Part shown: positions 1-12,377 of the stretch, in pieces
Layout: the number at the start of each line of letters is the position of its first letter
Numbering within the stretch: position 1 is the first letter of the stretch
DNA from: Torpedo marmorata
Lineage: Eukaryota
Direction of reading: 5' to 3'
Assembly: GCA_977017645.1 (NCBI GenBank)
Contig: OZ360232.1
Span: 31,496,001-31,560,000, forward strand
DNA length: 64,000 nt
The notes under the pieces: generated by a model
What the model was told of the DNA's origin: nothing
The model's input: only the letters and a program-made list of their open reading frames with translations
Database searches by the model: none
Made by a program: the position numbers and the translations under genes

Positions 1-189
1 AATTCACCGACGACAGTTGTGCGCCTGTATCAAATTATTTTTTCCAAAAATTAGACTTTATTTACAATAAATTACCGTTATTTACAAAGGGAAAGCCGTT
101 CAGAGTCTGTTCCCACCCTTACTTTCATATCCATACATTCCCGTCACTGGGCCTTGCTACATTTGATTCCATTTACACCATTTCCTCCA

Positions 190-1005
190 CAGATGGAATT
201 TAATGCAGACAAGTGTGAGGTGTTGCATTTTTGGAAGGACAAACCAAGAAAGGACATACACGGTGAATGGTAGGGCACTGAGGAGTGCGGTAGAACAGAG
301 GGACCTTGGAATACAGATACATAATTCCCTGAAAGTGGCGTCACAGGTGGATAGGGTTGTAAAGAGAGCTTTTGGCATATTGATCTTCATAAATCAAAGT
401 ATTGAGTATAGGAGTTGGGATGTTATGGTAAAGTTGTATAAGACATTGGTGAGGCCAAATTTGGAGTATTCTGTGCAGTTTTGGTCACCTAACTACAGGA
501 AAGATATCAATAAGATAGAAAGAGTGCAGAGAAGATTTACTAGGATGTTGCCCGGACTTCAGGAACTGAGTTACAGGGAAAGCTTAAACAGGTTAGGACT
601 TTATTCCCTGGAGCGTAGAAGAAAGAGGGGAGATTTGATAGAGGTATTTAAAATTATGAGGGATATAGACAGAGTAAATGTAGATAGGCTTTTTCCAGTG
701 AGGGTAGATGAGACAAGGATGAGAGGACATGGGTTAAAGGTGAAAGGTGAAATGTTTGAGGGGAACATTGGGGGGAACCTCTTCACTCAGACGGTGGTAA
801 GAGTCTGGAATGAGCTGGCAGTGGAGGTGGTGAATCCTGGCTCAATTTCAATATTTAAGAGTAGATTGGAAAGTTACATGGATGTGGGGGGAGAGGGTAT
901 GGAGGGTATAGTCTGGGTGCAGGTTGAAGGGACTTGGTCGAATAAGTAGTTCGGCATGGTAGATGAGCCAAAGGGCCTGTTTCTGTGCTGTCGTGTTCTA
1001 TGGTT
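190..1005 (+). mobile_element. CR1 LINE 3' fragment (C-terminal RT region and 3' UTR)
   Basis: ORF 203..949 has CR1 ORF2 motifs (EQRDLGIQ, LYKTLVRPNLEY.VQFWSP, ERVQRRFTRMLPGL, LYSLERRR.RGDLIEVFKI). It ends in the tail ctgtgctgtcgtgttctatggttc. Confidence 0.92.
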
Positions 1006-2004
1006 CGAGGATCTCGCAAATTACAATGGATGAGGAATCACAGGCCGATCATTACCTCTGCAAACAAGATAATGCACTAATGCTAAAAGAATCTTCAGCC
1101 ATTCAGAGTGTGAGGAGCAACAAACACAGTGTCCAGGATAAAAGGTGCATTCATCAGAAGGAAGTTGTTGATCCAGGCTGTGAGGAGACCACACAATTGG
1201 AACCAGCTCAGGGAATGTGGATTCAGTTGTGGAAGGAAGACAGGAAAACATCATAGACAATACAAACTTCTGAAGGATCAGCTGGTCGATCAGCGTCTGT
1301 GGGGGGAGGGGAAGGAATTGTCAATGTTTCAGGAGGAGACCGAGTATCAGGACCAAGAGGGAGAGGACAGGAGTCAGTCGGTGATTGGTGGACAAGGAGG
1401 AGAGATGGATGAGGGACAGGTGGGAAGAGGGGGGGGGGGGGGGTGGTGTGCAGAGGCAGAGGATGGAGTGCAGAGGCAAGTAGACAAGGGTAAATAGAGG
1501 GGTGGATGGAGTCGGGTGTAGGGAGGGTTGGGTGACAGTTGTGACCCATTGCAGGATGGGACACAACATTGCAGTGTGCTGGCACCGGTGTTTCAGCTCC
1601 GGAAGGCAGGCAGCACTGGAACGGAAAAGGGTGCCAGTAGGGGTCTTTGTGAGTTACTGATACAGTCTGAATGTGGCAATGCTTGCTTCAGACCTGGAAA
1701 CAGGAGCTGCAGTCAGTCACATGGCGATAATGATGAATGGTGTCCGCATGGTCGAAGTGCCTGTGAGGGAGAGAGGTGGAGGCAGTAGGACTGAGAGCAC
1801 ATGGTGAGTTCCCTTTGGCCAAACGTTCTCCGCTCCATGCTCCAGGTTTGGTGACACCAGCAAGCCTAGACTGTGCAAAGACACATCCTCCCCTCAGCTC
1901 AATATGACGACTCCATCAAACACAATGCTATTGTGATGCGTTGTCAAGGTTACCATCCAACCATCAGACACTTGTGTGGGAGCAGGATCTTCACACTGAA
2001 AATA

Positions 2005-2302
2005 GCGGAGAATGATGAAGATGAGAGAGAGAGAGAGAATGATGAGAGAGAGAGATGTGTGAGAGAGAGAGACTGATGAGAGAGAGAGATGTGAGAGAGA
2101 GAGAAAGAAAAATAGAAAATGAGGAGAGAGAATGATGAGAGAGAGATAGAGAGAGAGAGAGATGTGAGAGAGAGAATGATGAGAGAGATGTGAGAGAGAG
2201 AGAATGAAAAAAATGAGAGAGAAAAATAGAAAATGATGAGAGAGAGAATGATAAGAGAAAGAAAGAGAGAGAGAGAGACACACACACACACACACACACA
2301 CA
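2005..2302. repeat. (GA)n-rich low-complexity tract followed by (CA)n microsatellite
   Basis: Direct: degenerate GAGAGA/GAAT repeats, then cacacaca at about 2279-2302. Confidence 0.95.
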
Positions 2303-2654
2303 GACATCACCACTTTAAAACCAGCATGTAAAAACTCTTTGAAAGGATGAGGAAATCAAACAAAAGATCAGAATAAGATGGGAGGCTATTTTTAACTGGA
2401 CAGAGTGAAGGGTTGACAAAGCAAGGCTCTGTGTGAGGGAAACAGGGCAGGCATACCAAGTGTGTCGAGAAGACAAATTCTGGCAGAGATTTCCACTGAA
2501 CATTCTGGCACTGTGAGGTGCAACTTGGGGCATTGAGGGCTCTGGATAAAGGCTCGAAGAGCTGAAATATCTGCCAAGATTACTGAGAAACCCTTACAGA
2601 GTCAAAAGCAGCCAGTGAGAGAGCATTGCAAAGAGTAAGCAAGTCAGACTGGTA

Positions 2655-2960
2655 ACTACAAAGCCATGGAGCAGAGAAACAGGCCGTTTGGCCCACAATG
2701 ACCAACAGCCGCTACATTCGTTCCACATGTCAGCACTTGATCATTGCTCTTAATGACTGGCTGTTCGAGTGCTCGTGAGGACACTTCAAACACTGTCAGT
2801 AACTCTGGTTCCACTTCTCTCCCCGACAGTGAGTTCCAGGTACTCCCTGCTCTCTGGGTGAAGAAGATGCCCCTCACATCCCCTTTAAATCTCCCCCCTT
2901 CCCCTAAACGCACGCCTTTACCCACCTGTGGAAGAGGGAACAGTTTCCTCCTGTCTGTCC
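2655..2960 (-). mobile_element. Degenerate CR1 3' end
   Basis: Reverse ORF GRFKGDVRGIFFTQR..STWNSL matches the CR1 ORF2 C-terminus. Confidence 0.75.
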
Positions 2961-3569
2961 TGTCGTAACTACCTCAATGAGACGTTTGCTCCATCATCCA
3001 CGTCTTTAAGGCTTGCTACTGCCTCCTTACTGAAGTGACGGAAGGGATTGACAGCTCCTGCACAGACTCTTCCACAGGTGGGCACCAGGGGCCATGAGAT
3101 GGTTTGTGGGCCTCTGTGTGCTTCCAGTGTGTGGCCTCAGGGCTCCCAGTGCCATCCTCAGCCCCTGCTCCACTCATGGGCATGATTCCCAGGAGCCAGT
3201 GAGTGTTCCATTTCCACCACTAGATGGAGAACATTCAGCCCATCGAGTATATGCTAGCTCACCGAGCAATCCCATTCCTCCACTAATTTTACCTACGATC
3301 TCATCTCTTCGAAGCCTCAGAGCATGGACAATCTAGTTTCTGCAGAACCTTTTGGTGCTGGAAGAGATGCAGAGAAATGAGACAAAGATATGGAGAGTAA
3401 TGTTTAAAACACACAATCGTGTTTATCCGTGCACACCCCTGAGCAAATCAGATGCTTAGAAAGAAAGTTTGGAGTGGAATTTGAAGGATGGCTGTGTGGT
3501 TTTGTGACATCTTACAGTGCATTGCAGGCCATCAGCCCATTGTTCCTATGCTGGTTCATTCTGAGACAG

Positions 3570-3972
3570 CAGACCACTGGAGAGTGTTGTAGAACAAAGA
3601 GACTGAGGGGTCCAGGTGCAGATTACCTTGAAAGTGGCGACCCAGGTGGATGAGCTAGTCAGGATGATGGTGAGACCACACTGGGAGCACTGTGTGCAGT
3701 TCTGGTCACCTAGATGGAGGAAGGACATCAGAAAATGGGAAGAGGTGCAGAGGGAATTCACCAGGATGTTGCCACGTCTGTGGGGGTTGAGTTATAGGGA
3801 GAGATTGGATAGGCTGGGTCTTTTTCCCCTGGAGTGAAGGACGCTGAGGGGTGATCTTGGAGATGTTTACAGCATTATGAGGGGCATGGATAAAGTGAAT
3901 GCTCACAGTATTTTTCCCAGGGTAGATGGTCCTAGAAGTAGAGGGCGCAGGTTTAAGGTGAGAGGGGAGAGA
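3570..3972 (+). mobile_element. Degenerate CR1 ORF2 fragment
   Basis: VRPHWEHCVQFWSPRWRKDI...QREFTRMLP...LDRLGLFPLE. Confidence 0.85.
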
Positions 3973-4039
3973 TTGACCCTGTTGTTGACCCTGGTCCTGG
4001 GACAGATAATGGGAGCGTGTCTCACTCTGGGGTCTTGTA

Positions 4040-4855
4040 GCTGAAGTAAAAACACAATGCTGGAGAAACTCAGCAGGTCAAACAGTGTACTTTATATAGC
4101 AAAGATAAAGATACATAACCAACGTTTCAGGCTTGAGCCCTTCATCAAGGTATGAACAGAATGTAGGCAAGCGCCCGAACAAAATGGTGGGGGTGGGGGA
4201 GGAGCACAGGTCCACAGGCAGAAGGTAATGTGGATAAGGGAGGGAGGGCACAAGCAGCAAACAGGGGGAGGGGGGATGGCTCTGTGAATGGAGAGGGAAA
4301 GGGGGTGGAGAGCTGGAGGAAAGGAGTCAGAGGGATGGGGAAGAGAGGGAGAACAGGGAGTGGTCTAGTAGAAACCGGAGAAGTCGATGTTAATGCCATC
4401 CGGTTGGAGAGTGCCCAGACGGAATATTAGGTGTTGCTACTCCAATTTACAGATGGTCTTGGTTTGACAGTACATGAGGCCACGGACAGACATGTCAGCA
4501 TGGGAGGAGGGTGCAGAATTGAAATGGTTGGCTACTGAGAGATCTCTGTCACTGACGTGGACAGAGTAAAGGTGGTCAGTCTGCGCCCAGTCTCTCTGAT
4601 GTAGAGGAGTCCACAACGGGAGCACCGGATGCAGTAGATGACTCCCACACTTTCACAAGTGAAGTGTTGCTTCACTTGGAAGGACTGTTTGGGGCCTCGA
4701 ATGGTGGTGAGGGAGGAGGTGTGGGCGTGTGTGGCCCTTCCTGCAGCTACAGGGGAAGGTGCCAAGGGGGCGATTACTGTAGTGGGAAGGGAGGAGTGGA
4801 TGAGGGAGTCACAGAGGGAGCGGTCCCTACAGAAGGTGGAGAGTGGAGGAGAGGA
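4040..4855 (-). mobile_element. Penelope-like element 3' part (GIY-YIG endonuclease remnant plus terminal region with hammerhead-like motif)
   Basis: Reverse frames give GPKQSFQVKQHFTCESVGVIYCIRCSRCGLLYIRETGRRL and VANHFNS (PLE GIY-YIG). Its terminal sequence is shared with 32820-32940 and 45147-45263. It sits between copies of a ~58-bp tandem repeat (3975-4039 and 4860-4965). Confidence 0.85.
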
Positions 4856-5888
4856 GAGTGGGACAGAGAATGGGAGCATGTCTCACTCTGGGTCTTGTTG
4901 TTGACCCTGGTCCTGGGAACAGATAATGGGAGCATGTCTCACTCTGGGCCTTGTTGACCCTGGGCAGTAAACCGTACATTGAACTGGTACATGTTTCCAC
5001 GGATGTAACACAGAGACAAATTGGTGGATGCCTGCTCATGGTAACCGTCTGTGGGAGATGATGATTGAATAACGTCTGGTCACATTTGGGTGGTGAGTTA
5101 GCCACTGTTGCGCAGTACGCTGGGCTCTGTAGGAACGGCAGAGACTGTTGTAGACATGGGCTGATGTGGCAGTTTCTGCCGCTCTGTGCTGCAGCAATTA
5201 ATTTCTGCTTCAACTGCCTGCAATCTCAGCGGATGATGCGAAACATATTGATGGTTCCTCGGCTGGGTGCTGATGGAGAATGAAGTCCCAGAACACAGAG
5301 CAGAATGGGATGTGAAAACCTCCTGTGAATCTGCAGCAATAATTCCTCATTGTTTTTGTTAAGCAGTGACATCAATCCTGGTTTGACATGCAGTCAGGGA
5401 GCTGGAAGAAAGCAGCCACTTCAATCCATCCTCCAGGGTAACTGGAGGATGAGGGTTGATGGCTCAGGATCAGTCGTGGAGAGAGGGGGCCATCCTCCTG
5501 CAGGGAAGCAACTCCCTAGATGATTCAGTACGATGTACCGGGACTGGGAGTTTCTAAACCACCTCTGCAACCTGGAGAGAGTCACAGAGTAACACTGCTC
5601 TCCCGTCTCACCTCCACTGTGTCCCTGCCAGCTCCCAGGGGAAATGAAGCCAGTGTGTGTGCAAGTGTGCAGTGTGTGAATTTCATGACTTGTTCATGAC
5701 AATAAATTCTGATTCTGAATATTCGGGGGCCAGGGCGGAGAGCCGTGAACAGGTTCCCGACCCAGCAAGGGGTGTCCAGGGCCACGGGCCTGGACTCAGA
5801 ATCGGTAACATCATCCGCACTGTTCAGGTGCAGGAACACACCCAGGCTCCAAGCAAAGTGAAAACTAGGAAACCAAATTGGTGGGAAC

Positions 5889-6043
5889 GCACACACACGC
5901 ACACATACACACGCACACACACACCCAGGCACATGCCCACACACACACACCCACGCACACCACACGCTCACACACATGCGCGTGCACACACACATGCGCA
6001 CACACCCATGCACACACCCACGCACACACCCACGCACACACAC
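5889..6043. repeat. Degenerate (CA)n microsatellite abutting the assembly gap
   Basis: Direct observation. Confidence 0.95.
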
Positions 6044-6467
6044 NNNNNNNNNNNNNNNNNNNNNNNNNNNNNNNNNNNNNNNNNNNNNNNNNNNNNNNNN
6101 NNNNNNNNNNNNNNNNNNNNNNNNNNNNNNNNNNNNNNNNNNNNNNNNNNNNNNNNNNNNNNNNNNNNNNNNNNNNNNNNNNNNNNNNNNNNNNNNNNNN
6201 NNNNNNNNNNNNNNNNNNNNNNNNNNNNNNNNNNNNNNNNNNNNNNNNNNNNNNNNNNNNNNNNNNNNNNNNNNNNNNNNNNNNNNNNNNNNNNNNNNNN
6301 NNNNNNNNNNNNNNNNNNNNNNNNNNNNNNNNNNNNNNNNNNNNNNNNNNNNNNNNNNNNNNNNNNNNNNNNNNNNNNNNNNNNNNNNNNNNNNNNNNNN
6401 NNNNNNNNNNNNNNNNNNNNNNNNNNNNNNNNNNNNNNNNNNNNNNNNNNNNNNNNNNNNNNNNNNN
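6044..6467. other. Assembly gap (424 N)
   Basis: Run of N. ORFs spanning it are artefacts. Confidence 1.
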
Positions 6468-6639
6468 AGAGTAAATGGAAAGTCTCTGGGGTGTGCTGTA
6501 GTGCAAAGAGTTTCAGGGGTACAGATGCATCGTCTGGTTTGGCATGATTGTCTGCATTGGTCAGTGCATGGAGCACATGATACAACTGTGCAGGACGTGG
6601 GTGTGACCATCCCTAGATCACTGTGCGCAGTTCCGATTA

Positions 6640-7000
6640 TCCAGCAACAAGAAAGATCATTCAGTGAGAGAGGGGGCAGGAAGGATTCACGGGAATGTTC
6701 CCGGGACTGGAGGGCTTGAATGGCGAGGTGAGGCTGGAAAGGTTGGGACTGTTCTGAGTGAGGTTTATAAAGTTTACGTGGACTAGGATGGTCCCCAGGG
6801 TTGGGGTCGAGAACGAGAGGCCATGGATCCAAGGTGAGAGGGAAAGATTTAAAGGGGACCTGAGGGGTAGGTTTACACACAGAGAGTGGTGTGTGTGTGG
6901 AAGGAGTTGCTGGAGGAAGGTGTCAAGCTGGGGACAACTGGATGGTGCTCAGATAGGAATGTTTTCTAGGGGTACGGGCCAAACGCAGGCAAATGGGATT
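6640..7000 (+). mobile_element. Highly degenerate CR1 3' fragment
   Basis: Remnants such as aggtgagagggaaagatttaaaggggacctgaggggtaggttt (RGERFKGDLRG.F). Confidence 0.65.
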
Positions 7001-7054
7001 AGCTCATGTCAGCATTGGAGCCGTTCAAGCCATAAATACATGATTCAAAGGTGC

Positions 7055-7550
7055 TGGGGATGGGTTGGTGCTGGGGAGGGTGGGGGAGAAAGGGGCAGGG
7101 AATAGTCGTGAGAGGGTTTGGAGAGGGAGTGGGGAAGGAGGGCCAGGGAAGGGACGTATGGGGAGGATTTGGGGTGAGATGCTATGGCAAGGTGAAGGGG
7201 ATGTGGGAGAGGCATGGAGCAGGGAAGTTGGGAAGGAAAGGGATAAGGGGGAGGGTGAAAGGGGGACAGGAGCAGGAGGAAAGGAAAGAGGGGACGGAAG
7301 GGGGAAAGGAAAAGTGGGACATAGATGGGTAGGGGATTGTAGGGGATGACAGGAGGGAGGGAGGGAAGGAAAGGGGAACAGGGAGGGGAGGAGGGGGAAG
7401 GTAAGGGGAGTCAGGGAGGGGGAGGGAAAGGAAAGGAAAGGGGAGATGGGGGGTGGGAAGCAAAGGGGGGATGGGGGTGGGAGGGAGGAGGGGGATAGGA
7501 AGGAAAGGGGGGATGGGAAGGAAAGGGCAATGGGAGGGGGAGGGGGGAGA
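7055..7550 (+). repeat. Purine/G-rich low-complexity tract
   Basis: Many G3+ runs with strong strand asymmetry. Confidence 0.85.
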
Positions 7551-8199
7551 AATGGTCTCCATGTCGCAGCTCCATGAGCTCACTGCTGCTGGTCATTGTT
7601 GGAGTATCACTGGATCCTCTTCTGACAGACATGGCAATGAACAACAGCTGTTCAACATTAGTCCCTCACAACTGAACAGCTAAACGAGCCAATTGAAGCC
7701 CTCAGCGGTCTCCGAGCCATAGCAACCACCTCAGTACAAATGACTGCCCTTTCAAAGAGAAGGACCCATGCTGTGTATCAGTGATCAAGCTCAGAACCTT
7801 CTGCTCGGATCTCTGCTTTTACACCTGCTTTATGCTGGAGCCCTGGGTCTCCAGTATTTCTGGGAGGTTTTGTTCCTTCTGTTGGAGACTCGAGGGCTTT
7901 GTTTAATTCCTCTGCCATTTCCGTATTCCTCCTGCTCAGTTTTCCATATTTGCTCTTGTGCGTGGCCATGGAGTCTCTGACTGTCTGCTTGCAATGTGAG
8001 TCACTCTGCCACAAAGCACAGAAATGACAGACCACCAAGCACCCAGCCACACCACTCCGTCACCCAGCCCTTTCAATCCTCCCACATTCCATCACCCCCC
8101 CCCCAAGATTCTCCCCCACACCCACACACTGGGGTCGATTAACCTCCGACTTGTGGGAGGAAACAGAGTTTTCCCCGGGCACTCCACGCAGACACAGGG

Positions 8200-8795
8200 A
8201 ATGTCTTTAGTCAGAGGGTCGTGAGTCTGTTGAACTTGTTGCCCTGTGGAAGCGAGGTTGCCGGGTGTATTTAAGGCAGAGGTATTTGATTTGTCAAGGC
8301 ATCAAAGGTTACAGGGAGAAGGCCGGGGAGTGGGGCTGAATGGGAGGATGGATCAGCTCATGATAGAATGGCGGGGCAGACTCGATGGGCCGATTGGCCT
8401 ACTTCTGCTCCTATATCGTGATCTTGCGATTTTTTTTCTTCTTTTTATAGGAGCAGAAATAGGCCATTCAGCCCATCGAGTCTGCCCCACCATTTAATCA
8501 TGAGCTGATCCATTCTCCCACTCAGCCCCACTGCCCGGCCTTCTCCCCACAACCTTGGATGCCCTGGCCAATCAAGAACCTATCAATCTCAGCCTTAAAT
8601 ACGCCCAATGACCTGGCCTCCACAACCACCTATGGCAACAAATTCCACAGTTTCACCACCCTCTGCCTGAAGAAATTCCTCCGCATCTCTATTCTAAGTG
8701 GACGCCCTTCAATCCTGAAGTTGTGCCCTCTTGTCCTAGACTCTCCCACCATGGGAAACAACCTTTCTACATCTACTCTGTCCATGCCTTTCAAC
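8200..8795. mobile_element. Two CR1 3' ends tail-to-tail (+ at about 8200-8425, - at about 8445-8795)
   Basis: Both carry the CR1 3'UTR motif gggcagactcgatgggc(c/t)ga, in opposite orientations. Confidence 0.75.
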
Positions 8796-9634
8796 TGGAG
8801 CTGCCCTGGACCTACCCTGGAACTGTCCTGGGGCAGTAGGTTTGCGTGCCCAGGTCAGTCAGGGTCTCGAGACCTGAACCCACCCAGTCTGGGTTAAAGC
8901 CCATTAGCCTCACCCCTCCCGTCCCACACAGACCCGACCCTCAGACCCACAGCCACCAGAGGCACTCGGTCCCAGATAGTGGCTAACTCCTGCCTCTGAG
9001 GATGAGGAGGGGAGGACCAGGAAGCCATGAGCCCACCTCTGGAACACTCAAATCCAGGGAATTGGGAGCCCTGATCTCATCTCGGTTGATACAACTTGTG
9101 TCATAATGCCCCTGGTTATTCCGGAGAATGTGCGACTGGTTGTCATGGGAATTAAAAGGCTTGGTTATGATGGGTAAGGTGTGTGTGTAGTTGCCATAAG
9201 CAACAAAGGTTATTATGGGTAATGAATTGCTTTCGCAGCTATAGGTGGTGACATCAAAGCGTTTCCATGGAGACTTATCTTCCTTGATATTTCAAGACTG
9301 GGATGTTGGTCTGAGCCCAAATGGGAGGGGGCGGATCTGGGAGTGGGCAGTTACCCTGGCATTGCCAGCTCCCCGTCCAACGGTGGGTGGGCTTTGACTC
9401 AGACCCGGGCATGAGAGGCTCTGTGGTGGGCTCACACCTCATCAGCAGACCACCCAGCTGGAGGAGTTCAGGGAAACTCTGCCGCATCTGAAGGAACCGA
9501 CCAACATATGTCGAGCTCCCTCTGGACACGGAGATGTTTGGTTCACATTGTCACAGTCAGCAGTCCTCTGGGGAACAGCGAGCATAAAGCAGGTCTTTGG
9601 AGAGACGAAAGATGAGATGTGACAATAGAAGAGC

Positions 9635-10520
9635 TTAGAACATAGAACATTCCAGAACAGTGCAGGCCCTTCGGCTCACGGTGTTGTGCCGACCGATAGA
9701 AACCTATTCAATGATCTAACCCTTCCCTCCCTCACACCCATTCCCTCTATTTTTCTTACATCCATATGCCTGTCTAAGAGTCTTTTAAATGTCCCTATTC
9801 TACCAGCCTCCACCACCACCCCTGGCAATGCATTCCAAGCACCCAGCACTCCCTGTGTAAAAACCTTACTCCTGACGTCTCCCCTAAACTTTCCTTCCCT
9901 CACCTTGTACAGATGTTCTCTGGTGTTTACTGCTCTTGCCCCAGGTCCCCTGACTAATGAAGGCCAGCACACCAGAGGGGTAGGTTTAGAATCAGGGCAA
10001 AAGTGGCAAGAGAAAGGCATAGTTTTAGAACCATAGAACATAACAGCATAGAAACAGTCCCCTTCGGCCCTTCTAGTCTGTGCCAAACCATTTTTTCTGC
10101 CTTGTCCCACTGACCTGCACCCAGTCCATAACCCTCCACACCCCTCCCATCCGTGTATCTGTCCAAATTTTTCTTAAATGTTAAAATTGAGCACGCATTC
10201 ACCACCTCAGCTGGCAGCTCGTTCCACACTCCCACCACTCTCTGTGTGAAGAAGTTCCCTCTCACGTTCTCCCTAAACTTTTCCCCTTTCACCCTTAACC
10301 CATGTCCCCTGGTTTGTATCTCACCTACCCTCAGTGGAAAAAGCCTATCTACATTTACTCTGTCTATCCCCCCTCATAATTTTAAATACCTCCATCAAAT
10401 CTCCCCTCATTCTTCTACGCTCCAGGGAATAAAGTCCTAACCTGTTTAACCTTTCCCTGTAACTCAGTTCCTGAAGTCCGGGCAACATCCTAGTAAATCT
10501 TCTCTGCACTCTTTCTACCT
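9635..10520 (-). mobile_element. Two tandem CR1 3' fragments (about 9635-9940 and 10025-10520)
   Basis: Reverse ORFs FRGDVRSKVFTQGVLGAWNALP and FRENVRGNFFTQRVVGVWNELP, with tagaacatagaac-type tails. Confidence 0.88.
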
Positions 10521-10704
10521 TTTACCTAGAGGAAGAGATTTGTGGTCGCTTAGAATCAGCAAAAGAAGAAACTAAAACAGTAAACAAGGAAAGGACAGAG
10601 GGTCTGAACGAGTCTCTCCCCATTGTTTCATTTTTTTATTGATTCAAGGGATGTGGGCTGCACAGGCATTTAATTGCCCGTGAGAAGGTGATGTGGGAGC
10701 TCCA

Positions 10705-11140
10705 GTCTGTGAGGTTTGGAAACTGTACCATCTCAGACCGTAAGACCCTGCAGAGGATAGTGGGGTCAGTGGAGAAAATTATTGGGGTCTCTCTTCCCAC
10801 AATGACGGACATCTACAACACACGATGCATGCAGAAGGCAAATAACATTGTGAAGGACTTCTCACACCCCTCTTGTAAACTTTTCTCCCTTCTGCCATCT
10901 GGAAGGAGGTACCGAAGCATTCGGGCCTACACGTCCAGATTGTGCAACAGTTTTTTCCCCCAAGCCATCAGGCTCCTCAATTTTTAGATATATATGTGTA
11001 TTAGCATATCATAGATTTTTTATTGTATTATGCTATTTATGTAAATTTGCTCATGGTCCTGGAGAAACGCTATCTCGTCTTTACTGTGTATATGGTATGA
11101 ACGACAAATAAAGGTGACTTGACTTGACTTGACTTGACTT
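10705..11140 (+). mobile_element. Rex1/Babar-type LINE 3' end with (GACTT)n tail
   Basis: C-terminus DRKTLQRIV..EKIIG...FSLLPSGRRYRSIR..TSRLCNSFFPQAIRLLN, followed by AATAAA and gacttgacttgactt. Confidence 0.85.
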
Positions 11141-11399
11141 GAGGGGGGGTGGGGGAGAGTTCCAGGGTGTGGAGCCAGCGACGGTGAAGGAACAGCGAGA
11201 TGTTCCCGTCGGGACGGTGTGCCATCCCCATCTGTATCCTTCCCGCTGGGAAGAGGTAGTGGGTTGGGAAGGTGTAGTCAGAGGGGTCTTGGGGAGTAGC
11301 TGCAGTGCATCCTGTCGACAGTACAGATTGGTGCCACTGTGCGTCGATGGTAGAGTGAGGGAACGGTTGGGGGTGGTTCACATCTCCCACTGGAGGAAA

Positions 11400-12045
11400 A
11401 ATGTTCTCAACCTTCTCTGCCCCCTCCCCTACCCTCTCGACCTGCCCGTCACTCACCCCTTCCTTCCTCCAGCTCCCCACCTCCTCTCCTTTCCATCATC
11501 TACTGTCCTCTCCTCCAATCAGCTGGCATCTTCCTCAACCCTCTGCCTCTTCCTCCTATCACCTCCCAGCTTCTTACATTATCCCCATTCCCCCCCCCCT
11601 ACGTTCTCCCCCTCCCACCTGTTGATAGGCCTATTAATAAACATTCGAAGGCTATGAGCGTGAGTGAACCATAGGCTTTTATTACCTTAGAACTATGCAG
11701 TACTTTCCAGCAGATCTGACCCGGACTGGAGGAGTGGCCGAGATACAGTGGCCTTTATTCAGGTGAGGAAAGGGGAGGGATTACCTGGACACCCAAGGGA
11801 GGGGAGGTAGTAGACATCGGGACAGCCTGCAATACGCACCTACACCACAATACATAAACAGTGGTTTACCACACCTGTATCCACCTATCTTCCTCATGCT
11901 CCTCCACCTCACCCCCACCATTTTATTCAGATTTTCCCCTTTTTACTGCCAGTCGTCATTGAGGGGTTTGGCCGAATCATCGACTATCTATTACCTTCCG
12001 TTGATGCTGCCTGTGTCACTGACTTCCTCCAGCACGCTGTGGTGG
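11400..12045 (+). mobile_element. Old Penelope-like terminal region interrupted by a Gypsy solo LTR
   Basis: Pyrimidine-rich stretch and degenerate terminal motif (gatgctgcctg...ctgacttcctccagca) resembling the reverse complement of the other PLE ends in the window. Confidence 0.55.
11623..11873 (-). mobile_element. Solo LTR (251 bp) of the Gypsy family at 33580-38116
   Basis: Reverse complement matches 33580-33830 with about 9 substitutions. TG..CA ends and a perfect 5-bp TSD CCTGT (11618-11622 / 11874-11878). Confidence 0.97.
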
Positions 12046-12377
12046 ACAGGGTGCCCATCGAGTGGGGTCCTGTTTCCCATGTGGAGTTGGAGCTGCCCTC
12101 ATCATCCAGGCACACAGAGAGCGTCCATCGCTGTCCCGACGAGGCGTGTAGATGGGGGACAGGCTTTGGGGAGTCACTCTCCCATTCCCAGGATCCCAAC
12201 CTGCTCTTGTAGCCTCATTGTGTGACAGTTACTCCAGTCAGCGAACATATTCGTCCAGATTGTGCCACCTTTGTAGAAGGTTTCTGTCCTGTCTCCTCCC
12301 ATGCAGCCTCTGAGACTGAGTGACTTCGAGCCCCGATACCCAGATGGATTCTGCCGGTGCCTCTCCCGATGGTCAAC

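Noticed and set aside
5582-6880. ORFs of 200-430 aa
   Set aside because: They span the N gap and a (CA)n tract.
7778-8050. Possible host exon on the minus strand (…RRNTEMAEELNKALES…)
   Set aside because: It resembles the degenerate CR1 ORF2 linker (compare GNKEITEEMNRYF at about 30110), with no convincing splice or domain evidence.
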